A stretch of DNA of 64,000 nt, from NCBI GenBank assembly GCA_028286685.1, contig JAQBRA010000005.1, positions 16,726 to 80,725 on the forward strand, given 5' to 3'. How positions within the stretch are numbered: the first letter of the stretch is position 1; every line of letters starts with the position of its first letter. Both the position numbers and the translations under genes were made by a program. The notes beneath the pieces are model-generated. The model worked only from the letters and a program-made list of their open reading frames with translations, did no database searches and was not told where the DNA came from. Positions 53,496 through 62,971 of the stretch are shown here, in pieces. Origin of the DNA: Candidatus Adlerbacteria bacterium (GTDB lineage: Bacteria > Patescibacteriota > Minisyncoccia > Phycocordibacterales > SBAW01).

Positions 53496-54020
53496 ATGGC
53501 AGGACATTCCAAGTGGGCAAAATTAAAACACACCAAAGGTAAGACCGACGCCCAGAAGGCGAAATTATTCTCAAAGCACGTGCGCATCATCGGCGTCGAG
53601 CTGAGGAAGGCCAAGGGCAATAAGACTGCCGCGGGCGTGCGCAACGCGGTCGAGCGGGCGCTTGCGGACAATATGCCCAAGGACAATATCGAGCGGGCGC
53701 TCAACAAGAACGACGGTGTCGAATTGGAACTGGTTACCTACGAGGCCTACGGCCCGGGCGGCACCGCGATGGTCATAGAAGCCTACACCGACAACCGCAA
53801 TCGCACGGTACAGGAGCTAAAGCATCTCCTGAGCCTCCACGAGGGCTCTTTGGCTAACCCCGGGGCGGCTATGTGGGCGTTCCAGAAGAACGCCGAAGGC
53901 GTACTTGAACCTGTCTCCCCGCTTGAACTATCGGAAGAAGACAACCAGAAGGTCGCCAACCTTATGGAAGCGCTCGAAGAGCACGACGACGTCAACAACA
54001 TTTATACGAATGCGGCCTAG
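53496..54020 (+). CDS. YebC/PmpR-family transcriptional regulator (short)
   Basis: MAGHSKWAKLKHTKGKTDAQKAKLFSK..; canonical position beside ruvC. Confidence 0.85.
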   Translation: MAGHSKWAKLKHTKGKTDAQKAKLFSKHVRIIGVELRKAKGNKTAAGVRNAVERALADNMPKDNIERALNKNDGVELELVTYEAYGPGGTAMVIEAYTDNRNRTVQELKHLLSLHEGSLANPGAAMWAFQKNAEGVLEPVSPLELSEEDNQKVANLMEALEEHDDVNNIYTNAA

Positions 54021-54035
54021 TAGTAGACTACGGGC

Positions 54036-54545
54036 ATGAGAGTACTGGCATTCGATCCTGGCTACGAGCGGCTCGGCGTTGCCGTAGTTGAAAAGCAGGG
54101 CGGCAAGGACGTGCTGTTGCACTCCGAGTGCGTACGCACTGCGGCCTCGCTCCCCTTCCATGAGCGCCTGGCCGAGCTGGGCGCCGCCGCCGAGGCGCTT
54201 ATAAAAACCTGGCAGCCGGAAGCGGTCGCGCTCGAGGAAGTTTTTTTCGAGAAGAACGCCAAGACCGCCATGCAGGTCGCCGAAGTGCGCGGCATGCTTT
54301 CCTATATAGCCGCTGCGCGCAGGCTGGCGCTCTACCAGTACAAGCCTGCAGAGGTAAAAATTGCCGTAACGGGACACGGAGCGAGCGACAAGAAGGCTGT
54401 GGCGCTCATGGTGCCCCGATTGGTAGCGATGTCGCAGAAAAAACGCCTTGATGACGAGCTGGATGCTATAGCGATAGGGCTCACCTGCCTCGCTTCGGTC
54501 CGGATACCAGGCCTTGCCGAGAGCCGCTATCCACAGCGTAATTAG
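54036..54545 (+). CDS. ruvC: Crossover junction endodeoxyribonuclease RuvC
   Basis: MRVLAFDPGYERLGVAVVE..; catalytic D/E residues; 169 aa. Confidence 0.85.
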   Translation: MRVLAFDPGYERLGVAVVEKQGGKDVLLHSECVRTAASLPFHERLAELGAAAEALIKTWQPEAVALEEVFFEKNAKTAMQVAEVRGMLSYIAAARRLALYQYKPAEVKIAVTGHGASDKKAVALMVPRLVAMSQKKRLDDELDAIAIGLTCLASVRIPGLAESRYPQRN

Positions 54546-54764
54546 GAATAATGTTGCAAAGATCCATGAGTTTGGTAAAACTCGTGTGTTAAGGTCCCGC
54601 AGTGATTATAAAAACTAGTTTTGTAACCATGTTTGAAGAACTTGAGCACGAAATGATGATGGCGGAGGAAGAGGAGCTCGAAAACTCCCCCACCGGCGAA
54701 GAGGCCGAGGAAGAGGAGGAGGAAAAAGAGGCGGGCCTCGACGAAGAGGAAGAGGTCATCTAAT

Positions 54765-54800
54765 AAAAAACCCCTGGCTTATGCCAGGGGTTTTTGTTTT
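54765..54800. terminator. Bidirectional rho-independent terminator (upstream side / tyrS)
   Basis: aaaaaacccctggcttatgccaggggtttttgtttt. Confidence 0.65.
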
Positions 54801-54801
54801 C

Positions 54802-55989
54802 CTACTGCGCCTTTAAAAATCGATGCTTGCCGATACGGATGACGCCAGACACTTCAGCATCTATGCTCGTTATCTTCTCGCCGGTCTCAACGTAGGAGAC
54901 CGCACCCGCATCCACCAAGCGGCGCAACTCGCTGGTCGATAATCCATCCACAATGTCGCGCAGCTTTCCTGCCGCAACCGTAGGCACGTCTGCCGGCACG
55001 CCGCCCTGGCTAAACGTATTGGTCCAATCCTGCTCGGATTTCTCTGCAGCATCCTTGGAGTGATACTTGGTCACGATCTCGCGCGCCAAGCGCATTTTGG
55101 CTTCTTTAGGGTGGCCTTCCAGAATCTTTTGCACCTCGTCCGTCGGAACATCGGTCAAGGTCTCGAAGTAGGTCGCAACCAACTCATCTTTAATCGACAT
55201 GAGCTTGCCGTACATGTCCGACGGCGCATCGTCGAAGTACACCGCGTTGTCGTAGGTCTTGCTCATCTTTCGGCCGTCGGTACCCTCAATAAGCCGGGTG
55301 GTCAGTACGAACTTATCGCGCTTACCAAACGCCTGCTGCAAGTGCCGGCCGGCCAGAATATTAAACTCCTGGTCCGATCCTCCCAGCTCGCAGTCCACAT
55401 CCAAGACGACCGAGTCATAACCGACCATCAAGGGGTAGAGGAATTCGTGGAGCGCTATCGGCTTCTGCTCCTCTAGGCGCTTCTGGAACATGTCGCGCTG
55501 CAGCATCTGCTGCACGGTAAATTTGCTTGCCAAGCGCACAATGTCGTCGAATTTGAGCTTCTCGAGCCACTCGTGGTTGTAGCGGATCTCCACTTTAGAA
55601 AAATCGAGGATCTTCTGCGCTTGGCGCTTGTAATCCTTGAAGTTCGCCTCGACCTTCTCGCGCGTCAGCGCCTCGCGCATCGCATCGCGTCCGGTCGGGT
55701 CCCCTATCATTGCCGTAAAGCTCCCCACCAAAAAGATCACGTGGTGGCCCAAATCGGAAAAAGCCTTGAGCTTGCGCAGCGGCACCGAATGGCCCAGGTG
55801 CAATTTTGCTCCCGTGGGATCGATGCCGAGGTAGATGCGCATGGGCTCGCCGGAAGTCAGCTTCTTCTGCGCCAGCTCGCGGGGAATAACATTTTCCACC
55901 CCCCGGGTGAGAAGCTCATCTATAGCCTGTTTGTCTGTAACGATTTTCCTCTCCTTATTAAAAAAGCCCATATGAAAACACTCTAGCAC
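54802..55989 (-). CDS. tyrS: Tyrosyl-tRNA synthetase
   Basis: HIGH = GAKLHLGHSVP, KMSKS = KMSKTYDNAV, C-terminal S4-like domain. Confidence 0.9.
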   Translation of the reverse strand: MLECFHMGFFNKERKIVTDKQAIDELLTRGVENVIPRELAQKKLTSGEPMRIYLGIDPTGAKLHLGHSVPLRKLKAFSDLGHHVIFLVGSFTAMIGDPTGRDAMREALTREKVEANFKDYKRQAQKILDFSKVEIRYNHEWLEKLKFDDIVRLASKFTVQQMLQRDMFQKRLEEQKPIALHEFLYPLMVGYDSVVLDVDCELGGSDQEFNILAGRHLQQAFGKRDKFVLTTRLIEGTDGRKMSKTYDNAVYFDDAPSDMYGKLMSIKDELVATYFETLTDVPTDEVQKILEGHPKEAKMRLAREIVTKYHSKDAAEKSEQDWTNTFSQGGVPADVPTVAAGKLRDIVDGLSTSELRRLVDAGAVSYVETGEKITSIDAEVSGVIRIGKHRFLKAQ

Positions 55990-56006
55990 AGTGATAGAAT
56001 AGCCGC

Positions 56007-58340
56007 ATGCGCACTATAAAGGCGATGTATCGTCACTATTACAAGCTCCTCCATCGAACGCTCAATCCCCGCTTCGGCCACCTGTTCAATTGGGCCGACG
56101 ACAAGTTCGACAACTCTACGCGCTACTTGCGCCGCAACTGGCAATCCTTCGGCGTATGGGGCTTTGGTCTTTGCTTCTTCTTTGGCGGCGGGCTCCTGCT
56201 CTGGGCCGCAACGCTCCAGCTCCCCGACCTCAACTCGCTCGAAACCCGCCGCGTGGAGCAGTCGGTAAAAGTATTCGACCGCACCGGTACTGTGCTCCTC
56301 TTTGACCTCCACAAGAATATGCAGCGCACCGCGGTGCCGATCGATTCGGTCTCGGTTAACTTGCAGCAGGCCATCCTCTCCATAGAGGACCCGGAGTTCT
56401 ATACCCATATCGGCATCAAGCCGACTGCGATCGCCCGCGCCATCTGGACCAACTTCATGCAGGGAGAGCTCCTCTCCGGCCAGGGCGGCTCGACCATAAC
56501 CCAGCAGGTCATCAAGCTGACTATCCTGACCAGCGACAAGTCGCCGGTGCGCAAATTCAAGGAATGGATACTCGCCCTCAAGATGGAGCGCCAGCTCACG
56601 AAAGACCAAATACTCGAGCTCTACCTCAATCAGGCGCCCTTCGGCGGCCAGCTCTACGGCGTCGAGGAGGCTTCCATGACCTTCTTCGGCAAGCACGCCA
56701 GCGACCTTTCGGTCCCCGAGTCGGCGTACCTCGCGGCCATGCTTCCCGCCCCTACCCGCTACTCGCCCTACGGCACACACGTCGACCAGCTCGAAGCCCG
56801 CAAAAATCTTGTGCTCGATAAGATGCATGAGCACGGCGCCATCAGCGCCGAGGAGGCCGAGACCTACAAAGCCGAGCAGGTAACCTTCGCCCCCAAGCGC
56901 CAGAACGGCATCATCGCGCCGCATTTCGTCTTTTACGTCCAGCAGTACCTGGAAGAAAAGTACGGCACCGAGGCCCTGGAGCGCGGCGGCTGGCGCGTTA
57001 CCACCACGCTTGATGCCGACCTGCAGGTTAAGGCAGAAGAGATAGTGAAGCGCCAAGCCCTCGCCAACGTAGACAAATACAACGCTACCAACATGGCCAT
57101 GGTCGCTACCGATCCGCACAACGGCCAGATTCTCGTGATGGTCGGCTCGCGCGACTACTTCGACGAAGTTATCCCGGGAGCCTACAACGTCGCCACCATG
57201 GCGCCGGGCCGCCAGCCAGGCTCCTCCTTCAAGCCGTTCGCCTACGCGCAGGCCTTTGCCGAGGGATACACTCCCGAGACGGTAGTCTTCGATCTCCCGA
57301 CCCAGTTCTCGACCGCCTGCGAGCCTTCAGACAACTACAACAACACCGCACCCTGCTACGCGCCGCAAAACTACGACGACGCCTTCCGCGGCCCCATGAC
57401 TCTGCGCTACGCGCTGGCGGGCTCCATCAACGTCCCTGCAGTCAAAACCATCTACCTGGCGGGCTTGCAAGACACCCTGCGCCTCGCCAAGTCCATGGGC
57501 ATCTCGACCTTGGGCGATGCCAACCAGTACGGCCTCACACTGGTGCTGGGAGGCGGCGAAGTAACGCCGCTCGATATGACCAACGCGTATGGAGCATTCG
57601 CCAACAACGGCCTCCACTTCGAGGAGCAGTCGATACTGCGCATCGAGGACAGTGCAGGCAATGTTATCGAAGACAACACCCAGGCACCCGGCGTGCAAGT
57701 AATGCCCGCGAGCGTAGCCCAGCAGATAAGCGACGTACTCTCCGACAATGCGGCGCGCGCATCCCTGGGCGAGAACGATCTCTTCTCCTTCCCCGGACAT
57801 GAGGTGGCGGTAAAGACCGGTACCACCAACGACTACCGCGACGCCTGGACGGTCGGCTTTACGCCCAATATTGCCGTGGGCGCCTGGGCCGGCAACAACG
57901 ACAACACCCCCATGGAGCGCCGCGTGTCGGGCTTCATCATCGGCCCCGCCTGGGCGGAGTTCATGCGCTACGCGCTCACCAGGCTCCCCACAGAGCCATT
58001 CGCGCGCGCCGAGCTCCCTACCCCGACTAAGCCGGTCCTAAATGGCATCTGGCAGATCCCGGGCCAAGACGGCCTCATCCACGACATCCTCTACTGGGCT
58101 AACAAGACCAACCCGCAGGGCGACGGCAACTCCATAGGCGACAGCCAGTACAAATACTGGGAGTACCCAGTACAAGCATGGGTTGCGGCTAATGGCGCCG
58201 CCATGATGGGTACGAGCACTGGACAAGAAGACTGCTTTACCGATCCGGCAACCGGCCAGTGCCTCGCCGACCAGCCTTCAGAACCCCCAAGCAATAGGCA
58301 GCTCCTCCAGAGAAATAACAACGGAACCGTCCCCCGATAA
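56007..58340 (+). CDS. Class A penicillin-binding protein (PBP1A; GT51 transglycosylase + transpeptidase)
   Basis: 777 aa; EDPEFYTHIGIK, GGSTITQQV (GT51); SSFKPF, SIN, KTGTTND (transpeptidase). Confidence 0.85.
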   Translation: MRTIKAMYRHYYKLLHRTLNPRFGHLFNWADDKFDNSTRYLRRNWQSFGVWGFGLCFFFGGGLLLWAATLQLPDLNSLETRRVEQSVKVFDRTGTVLLFDLHKNMQRTAVPIDSVSVNLQQAILSIEDPEFYTHIGIKPTAIARAIWTNFMQGELLSGQGGSTITQQVIKLTILTSDKSPVRKFKEWILALKMERQLTKDQILELYLNQAPFGGQLYGVEEASMTFFGKHASDLSVPESAYLAAMLPAPTRYSPYGTHVDQLEARKNLVLDKMHEHGAISAEEAETYKAEQVTFAPKRQNGIIAPHFVFYVQQYLEEKYGTEALERGGWRVTTTLDADLQVKAEEIVKRQALANVDKYNATNMAMVATDPHNGQILVMVGSRDYFDEVIPGAYNVATMAPGRQPGSSFKPFAYAQAFAEGYTPETVVFDLPTQFSTACEPSDNYNNTAPCYAPQNYDDAFRGPMTLRYALAGSINVPAVKTIYLAGLQDTLRLAKSMGISTLGDANQYGLTLVLGGGEVTPLDMTNAYGAFANNGLHFEEQSILRIEDSAGNVIEDNTQAPGVQVMPASVAQQISDVLSDNAARASLGENDLFSFPGHEVAVKTGTTNDYRDAWTVGFTPNIAVGAWAGNNDNTPMERRVSGFIIGPAWAEFMRYALTRLPTEPFARAELPTPTKPVLNGIWQIPGQDGLIHDILYWANKTNPQGDGNSIGDSQYKYWEYPVQAWVAANGAAMMGTSTGQEDCFTDPATGQCLADQPSEPPSNRQLLQRNNNGTVPR

Positions 58341-58360
58341 AGTAAGAGTAAGTTAGAAAT

Positions 58361-58397
58361 AAAAAAGCGATCAGAGATAACTTCTGATCGCTTTTTT
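58361..58397. terminator. Rho-independent terminator marking the left edge of the low-GC island
   Basis: aaaaaagcgatcagagataacttctgatcgctttttt. Confidence 0.6.
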
Positions 58398-58431
58398 ATA
58401 TCGGCGTCACTACTACAATACCCTTAGCTGA

Positions 58432-58836
58432 CTAACGACCAACCCCTTTCAATAGCCCCGTATAGGAAGTGCGATTCTTCCATAGGAAATAGGCATTGAG
58501 CAGCAGCATGATATCGGCTAGTCCTGCCCCGGCCGTAAGCAGGCCTCCATCGATAAAGAAGTGGAACGCGACTACGTTCACCGTGATCGGAGCGATAAGA
58601 AGCGCAGCTAATGCTTCCCGCTTCGTCCACAAGGCAATAAGTGCAACAACATTCACGACTGCCATTATCCAGTTGATATACATGACACTCGTGAGCATCT
58701 GGATAAAAGCGAAAGCCAGGTCCGTATTGTAGAGATCCCGAGTAGCTTCACCAAAGATTCCGGTCGTTCCAAGAACGGGCAGGATGAGGATGAGCGAAAA
58801 TACGACCTTGCTTGCTACATGAAGAACTTTTTTCAT
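58432..58836 (-). CDS. DoxX-family membrane protein
   Basis: 134 aa, 4 TM helices; in the low-GC island. Confidence 0.55.
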   Translation of the reverse strand: MKKVLHVASKVVFSLILILPVLGTTGIFGEATRDLYNTDLAFAFIQMLTSVMYINWIMAVVNVVALIALWTKREALAALLIAPITVNVVAFHFFIDGGLLTAGAGLADIMLLLNAYFLWKNRTSYTGLLKGVGR

Positions 58837-58932
58837 GGATGGGTAGCTGAAGTGTTAATAATTATATGGAAAGTATAGCAGTGGATATTTGGCCGTCTAG
58901 GACGATATCCGACCAAATTATAACCACCTCAA

Positions 58933-58965
58933 GTTAGCTGGGTGTATCGGGACGATACTGGAATC
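58933..58965. repeat. Island intergenic motif, copy 1 (GCTGGGTGTATGGGACGATGTTGGAACC family)
   Basis: gttagctgggtgtatcgggacgatactggaatc, ~100 nt upstream of the DoxX start. Confidence 0.6.
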
Positions 58966-58979
58966 TGTAAAGGTAAATC

Positions 58980-59375
58980 CTATTTGTTACCGTGCATATA
59001 AAAAACATTCCACTTGTGGTGGTCGAGGTCGGCAAAACTTCGACCATATATCGTATCCATATCTGCCGGCTCGTGAAGCTCCAAACCACCGGCTTTAATA
59101 GCATTACCAACAAGTGAATCAACTTCTTCCCTGCTGTCCGCCCCGATTGAAATAAGCACTTCATTCGCTTTCGAAGCGTCAGCCATTTCACCCATAGACG
59201 CTTCCTTAAAATGGGGCTCGGGCAACAGCGCAACAACGACATTCTCGGCCACGACGAAACATGTTGCATGTTCATCCGTAAGATTAGAATCGATTGAAAG
59301 TCCCATCTGAGAGAAAAATGCCTTCGATTTTTCAATGTCTTTGACGGGTAGATTTAAGATGACTTGTTTTGACAT
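58980..59375 (-). CDS. VOC-family (glyoxalase/bleomycin-resistance fold) protein
   Basis: 131 aa; paired beta-alpha-beta-beta-beta modules (..ILNLPVKDIEKSKAFF.., ..DLDHHKWNVF..). Confidence 0.6.
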   Translation of the reverse strand: MSKQVILNLPVKDIEKSKAFFSQMGLSIDSNLTDEHATCFVVAENVVVALLPEPHFKEASMGEMADASKANEVLISIGADSREEVDSLVGNAIKAGGLELHEPADMDTIYGRSFADLDHHKWNVFYMHGNK

Positions 59376-59471
59376 GGTGATGTGTGTTAATTATTTCTTC
59401 TGCGTTTTACAGGTTTTCTCTCATAAAATTCAGTCGAGATGCTCCTCGGGGTCCGAGGCCTATCACAACGA

Positions 59472-59499
59472 GCTGAGTGTCTGGGACGATGTTGGAACC
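59472..59499. repeat. Island intergenic motif, copy 2
   Basis: gctgagtgtctgggacgatgttggaacc, ~100 nt upstream of the VOC start. Confidence 0.55.
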
Positions 59500-59524
59500 C
59501 GCTCCGACAGTCCGGATACAGTTT

Positions 59525-60475
59525 TTATTGGATTTTCTGAACTTTTCCGGTCGCGCGGTCAAGCGAATACTGGCCGCAGTCCGGACACGGGATTCCATTC
59601 ATGGCCTGGCCCTCGCTTTGATATTTAAAATACAAAATCTTAGAGCCATCTTTTGAGATTGATACCCCTCCTTCGCTGCCGTGCGGAAAATTCTCCACCG
59701 TATCGGCCTTTTTATCAATGACGCATATCCTGAAATAATTTGCATACCCAATTACGCTCCCATCAGCAGAAAAGGCTGTTGGATAGACGCGCGGTAAAAT
59801 TGGCTCAGCACCCGCCGGGTTGCACGTTGCAGGCAATACCCTTGAGTACTCGGCATTGTCGGTAATGAGATTCACGGGGCCTACGACAGTATCGTTCAGG
59901 TAAATCCAGTTCTTATCCTTGGCGACCGGAGAAAGCACAAATGTTTCAGGGTCCGCTTCGGGTATCACGTGGTCGTTGCTATACACATGACTTTTATCCT
60001 TGCCATACCCGGTCTGCAGGGGGTCGATAGCTTCAGGAGACGAATACAAAACAGGCGCGAATGTTGCTGGGTCTGCTCCGACAATACTATAGCCGCCTAC
60101 ATAAAACACACTGCGTTCGTCTTTGGCGTATTCCTTGCTAAGTATGGTAAAAGTCGCAGGGTCGGCTCCTGCTACGACCAAATTGCACCAGTACACATAG
60201 TTTTTGTCCTTGCCGTACCCGTCGAGTGACGACGCGACAAACGTAGCAGCATCCGCTTCCGGGAGCGGAGTGCCCATGCATGAGATAGCGTTGTCTTGCA
60301 GCGTATACCAAGTGTAGCTTTGGCTTACGACGTAGCTCGCCGGCAATGTGCTCGCTGGGCGCCACTCAATCTGCACAGACGCGCTGGATGGCCTTTGCAT
60401 AATCACCGCATACGCGCTGCCCAAAATAATAAGGGTAATAAGTGCGATGCCTATGTAAATATTTTCCTGTTTCAT
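59525..60475 (-). CDS. DKNYY-repeat secreted protein
   Basis: N-terminal TM/signal, then repeated GYGKDKNYVYW / GYGKDKSHVYSND / AKDKNWIYLND units; start taken at the internal ATG with an AAGG RBS (the ORF track starts at an upstream GTG). Confidence 0.6.
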   Translation of the reverse strand: MKQENIYIGIALITLIILGSAYAVIMQRPSSASVQIEWRPASTLPASYVVSQSYTWYTLQDNAISCMGTPLPEADAATFVASSLDGYGKDKNYVYWCNLVVAGADPATFTILSKEYAKDERSVFYVGGYSIVGADPATFAPVLYSSPEAIDPLQTGYGKDKSHVYSNDHVIPEADPETFVLSPVAKDKNWIYLNDTVVGPVNLITDNAEYSRVLPATCNPAGAEPILPRVYPTAFSADGSVIGYANYFRICVIDKKADTVENFPHGSEGGVSISKDGSKILYFKYQSEGQAMNGIPCPDCGQYSLDRATGKVQKIQ

Positions 60476-60537
60476 TAGAGATAACCTTATTCTACTGCCA
60501 GCAATCGACGCGTCTCGAGCGCGATAACCTAGCACGA

Positions 60538-60569
60538 CTTGGCTGGGTGTATGGGACGATGTTGGAACC
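60538..60569. repeat. Island intergenic motif, copy 3 (best consensus copy)
   Basis: cttggctgggtgtatgggacgatgttggaacc, ~65 nt upstream of the DKNYY start. Confidence 0.6.
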
Positions 60570-60570
60570 T

Positions 60571-61425
60571 TTATGCGATTTCTTCAGGATTCCACGACTG
60601 GTGGATACTCTCGTCAAGACTGTCTATAGCCGCCATATCCTCGGCTGAAAGTTCAAAATCGAACACATCTATGTTTTCTTTGATTCTTTTCTGTTTTACG
60701 GACTTAGGGATAGGGATACAACCCTTTTGTAAACTCCATCGTATCAGTACTTGCGCGTTAGTTTTGCCGTACTTCTGTGCAATTAAAGTCAGCGAGTCAT
60801 TGTCCATCTTTCGCGCTTTAACTAAAGGCGCATACGCCTCAAGCACAATGCCACTTTCATTACAATATTTTAGTAGGTCTTTTTGGTGCAAGAAGGGGTG
60901 GAATTCAACCTGATTCACAGCAGGTAAAATATTTGCATACTTCTTCAATTCCTCAAGATGTTTGACTGTGTAGTTTGAAACACCAATCGCCTTAGCCTTA
61001 CCGGATGCAAGGATATGCTCCATGGCGCGCCAAGTTTCCTCTCTTTTGTTTACAGTAGTAAATCTATCTTCTTCTGCACTTGGCCAATGTACAAGATATA
61101 AGTCCACGTAAGACAGATTAAGATTCTGGAGCGACAAATCGACGGCTCGTAAAGCGTTTTCGTAGCCTTGGTCCGTATTCCAGAGCTTTGTTGTAACGAA
61201 TATTTCTTCTCTAGGTACCCTTGAGGCGAGCACCGCTTTGCCAACGCCGCCCTCATTGCCGTAAATAGCAGCAGTATCAATAAGCCGATATCCGGCTTCC
61301 AAAGCCCAAGCTATAGCTTGCTCGACTTCAGTACCCTCTTGCGATTTATAAACACCAAGACCCATAACTGGCATTTCAACGCCGTTATTCAAAATCCTTT
61401 TTGTGTTGATATTTAACTTTTCCAT
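60571..61425 (-). CDS. Aldo/keto reductase (2,5-diketo-D-gluconate reductase-like)
   Basis: 284 aa; ..LNNGVEMPVMGLGVYK.. ..IDTAAIYGNE.. ..LYLVHWP.. Confidence 0.85.
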   Translation of the reverse strand: MEKLNINTKRILNNGVEMPVMGLGVYKSQEGTEVEQAIAWALEAGYRLIDTAAIYGNEGGVGKAVLASRVPREEIFVTTKLWNTDQGYENALRAVDLSLQNLNLSYVDLYLVHWPSAEEDRFTTVNKREETWRAMEHILASGKAKAIGVSNYTVKHLEELKKYANILPAVNQVEFHPFLHQKDLLKYCNESGIVLEAYAPLVKARKMDNDSLTLIAQKYGKTNAQVLIRWSLQKGCIPIPKSVKQKRIKENIDVFDFELSAEDMAAIDSLDESIHQSWNPEEIA

Positions 61426-61427
61426 AA

Positions 61428-61458
61428 GTTGCTGGGTGTATGGGACGATGTTGGAACC
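61428..61458. repeat. Island intergenic motif, copy 4
   Basis: gttgctgggtgtatgggacgatgttggaacc, ending 2 nt upstream of the AKR start codon. Confidence 0.6.
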
Positions 61459-61509
61459 ATTGTAGCAAAAGATGAGGCCGCCTGGTGAGGGCGGCCTCTT
61501 TTCGTTTCG

Positions 61510-61794
61510 CTAGCTTCCCTTCAATCCGAAAGCTTCGTTCACGGCTGCAATGTGTCCAAATCCCGCCTTGTCCCAATCGGCATTTGATATGACACGGGTA
61601 CGTGTTTCGCCCGGATATGCGGCGGCAAAAGAGGCGCGCATTCGCATAAGTGACTGGCCCAGTTTCTTTGCAGTCGCAGGATCTTTTCGCGCAAAAGACA
61701 GCAAGCTTACACTCATGCGGTCCGAAATCGAGCCGGCAATAAGCTGCATATCCATTTTTTTGGATATGGGCCTTAACTTCCTATTCTGTGCCAT
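61510..61794 (-). CDS. Hypothetical protein
   Basis: 94-aa ORF with a GGGAG RBS 6 nt upstream; in the low-GC island. Confidence 0.4.
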   Translation of the reverse strand: MAQNRKLRPISKKMDMQLIAGSISDRMSVSLLSFARKDPATAKKLGQSLMRMRASFAAAYPGETRTRVISNADWDKAGFGHIAAVNEAFGLKGS

Positions 61795-61850
61795 ATGGAA
61801 CTCCCTGATGACTCTGGAATGACACTACATTTTTTATTTATACAAGTCGA

Positions 61851-61872
61851 GCTGGGAGACATGGATTAGAAC
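61851..61872. repeat. Island intergenic motif, degenerate copy 5
   Basis: gctgggagacatggattagaac, upstream of the 94-aa gene and abutting the dnaN stop. Confidence 0.4.
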
Positions 61873-61873
61873 T

Positions 61874-62971
61874 CTAGCGGTTCATCGGCATCGCGAGGTA
61901 GAGGAAGGAGTCGTCGGAGGCATCCTTGATAAGCATGGGCTTGCCGGCGCCGTTGGAGTGGAGGCGCACACTGTCCCCCACTATCGACTGCAAGCTGTCG
62001 GCCAAGTAGCGGCCATTGAATGACACCGCGACCCCGTCGCCCTGTATGGTCGCTTTGACGGTCGAGATCTGCTCGCCAACATCCGGATTGCGCGAAGAAA
62101 GGAAAAGGGATTTCTTTTCAGGATCTATAGCGAGGGAAACCTGGGCGAACTTGTCGGCAAATATCGAAAGCGACTTGAGCGCTGAAGACATATCCTCGCG
62201 CAGCACCAATGCTTCGGTTGAGAATTCCTTGGGGAGTATCTGGCGATAGTTCGGGAAGGCGCCATCAAGAAGGCGTGAGGTGTAGTAAATAGCATCGGCC
62301 TGGGTCGAGAGCTGGTTGTCATTGTAATAAATCTCTATATCGCCCTTAACGGTCTCGAGGACGCGCATGAGCTCGGCGGCATTGCGCGCCGGCACCAAGA
62401 GTTGCGGGATGCTTCCACCCGACTTCAGCGCCATCTGCTTTTCTGCCAAGCGGAAAGAGTCTGTGGCAACCGTAGTCAGCTTGCCCGCATCGCCGTATAC
62501 CAAAACGCTTTGCAGTTCCGGCTTAACCGCCGAGAGCGAGGCGCAATAGGCGACCGAACGTATAGCGCGCACTAAGTCGGAAGCCTTGATAGTGAAGGAA
62601 GTTTCTGCCGACACGCGCGGCAAAATCGGGAAGTCCTCATGCGGAATGGTTTTAATAGAAGCATTGGCGCGCTCGCCTTCAACCTTTAAAACCTCTCCCA
62701 CTAAAGAAACGGTGACTGATTTTCCTTTTGAGTTATTGAGGAAGCCGCTCAAGACCCCCGCAGGAGCCGCCACAGTGCCCTCTGTCGTAACTTTAGCGGG
62801 TACTACGATCTCCACCCCACATTCAAGGTTAGTCGCGCGCAGCGTGATCCTGGAGCCTTCTGCAGTTATGAGTACACATCCGAGTACTGGAAGGTTTGCC
62901 CTCCTCTCTGCGAACCTTGAAGCGGTAGCGACCGCCTGTGCCAGGCTTTCAGTTGTGGTCTCGAATTTCAT
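61874..62971 (-). CDS. dnaN: DNA polymerase III beta sliding clamp
   Basis: 365 aa, MKFETTTESLAQAVATASRFAERRANLPVLGCVLI.. three-domain clamp. Confidence 0.9.
   Translation of the reverse strand: MKFETTTESLAQAVATASRFAERRANLPVLGCVLITAEGSRITLRATNLECGVEIVVPAKVTTEGTVAAPAGVLSGFLNNSKGKSVTVSLVGEVLKVEGERANASIKTIPHEDFPILPRVSAETSFTIKASDLVRAIRSVAYCASLSAVKPELQSVLVYGDAGKLTTVATDSFRLAEKQMALKSGGSIPQLLVPARNAAELMRVLETVKGDIEIYYNDNQLSTQADAIYYTSRLLDGAFPNYRQILPKEFSTEALVLREDMSSALKSLSIFADKFAQVSLAIDPEKKSLFLSSRNPDVGEQISTVKATIQGDGVAVSFNGRYLADSLQSIVGDSVRLHSNGAGKPMLIKDASDDSFLYLAMPMNR

Noticed and set aside
58345-61873. Low-GC island as a prophage or integrative element
   Set aside because: No integrase, recombinase, phage structural or transposase genes, and no flanking direct repeats or tRNA attachment site recognised. 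Its content is small metabolic and membrane genes, so it is reported as a genomic island/regulon instead.
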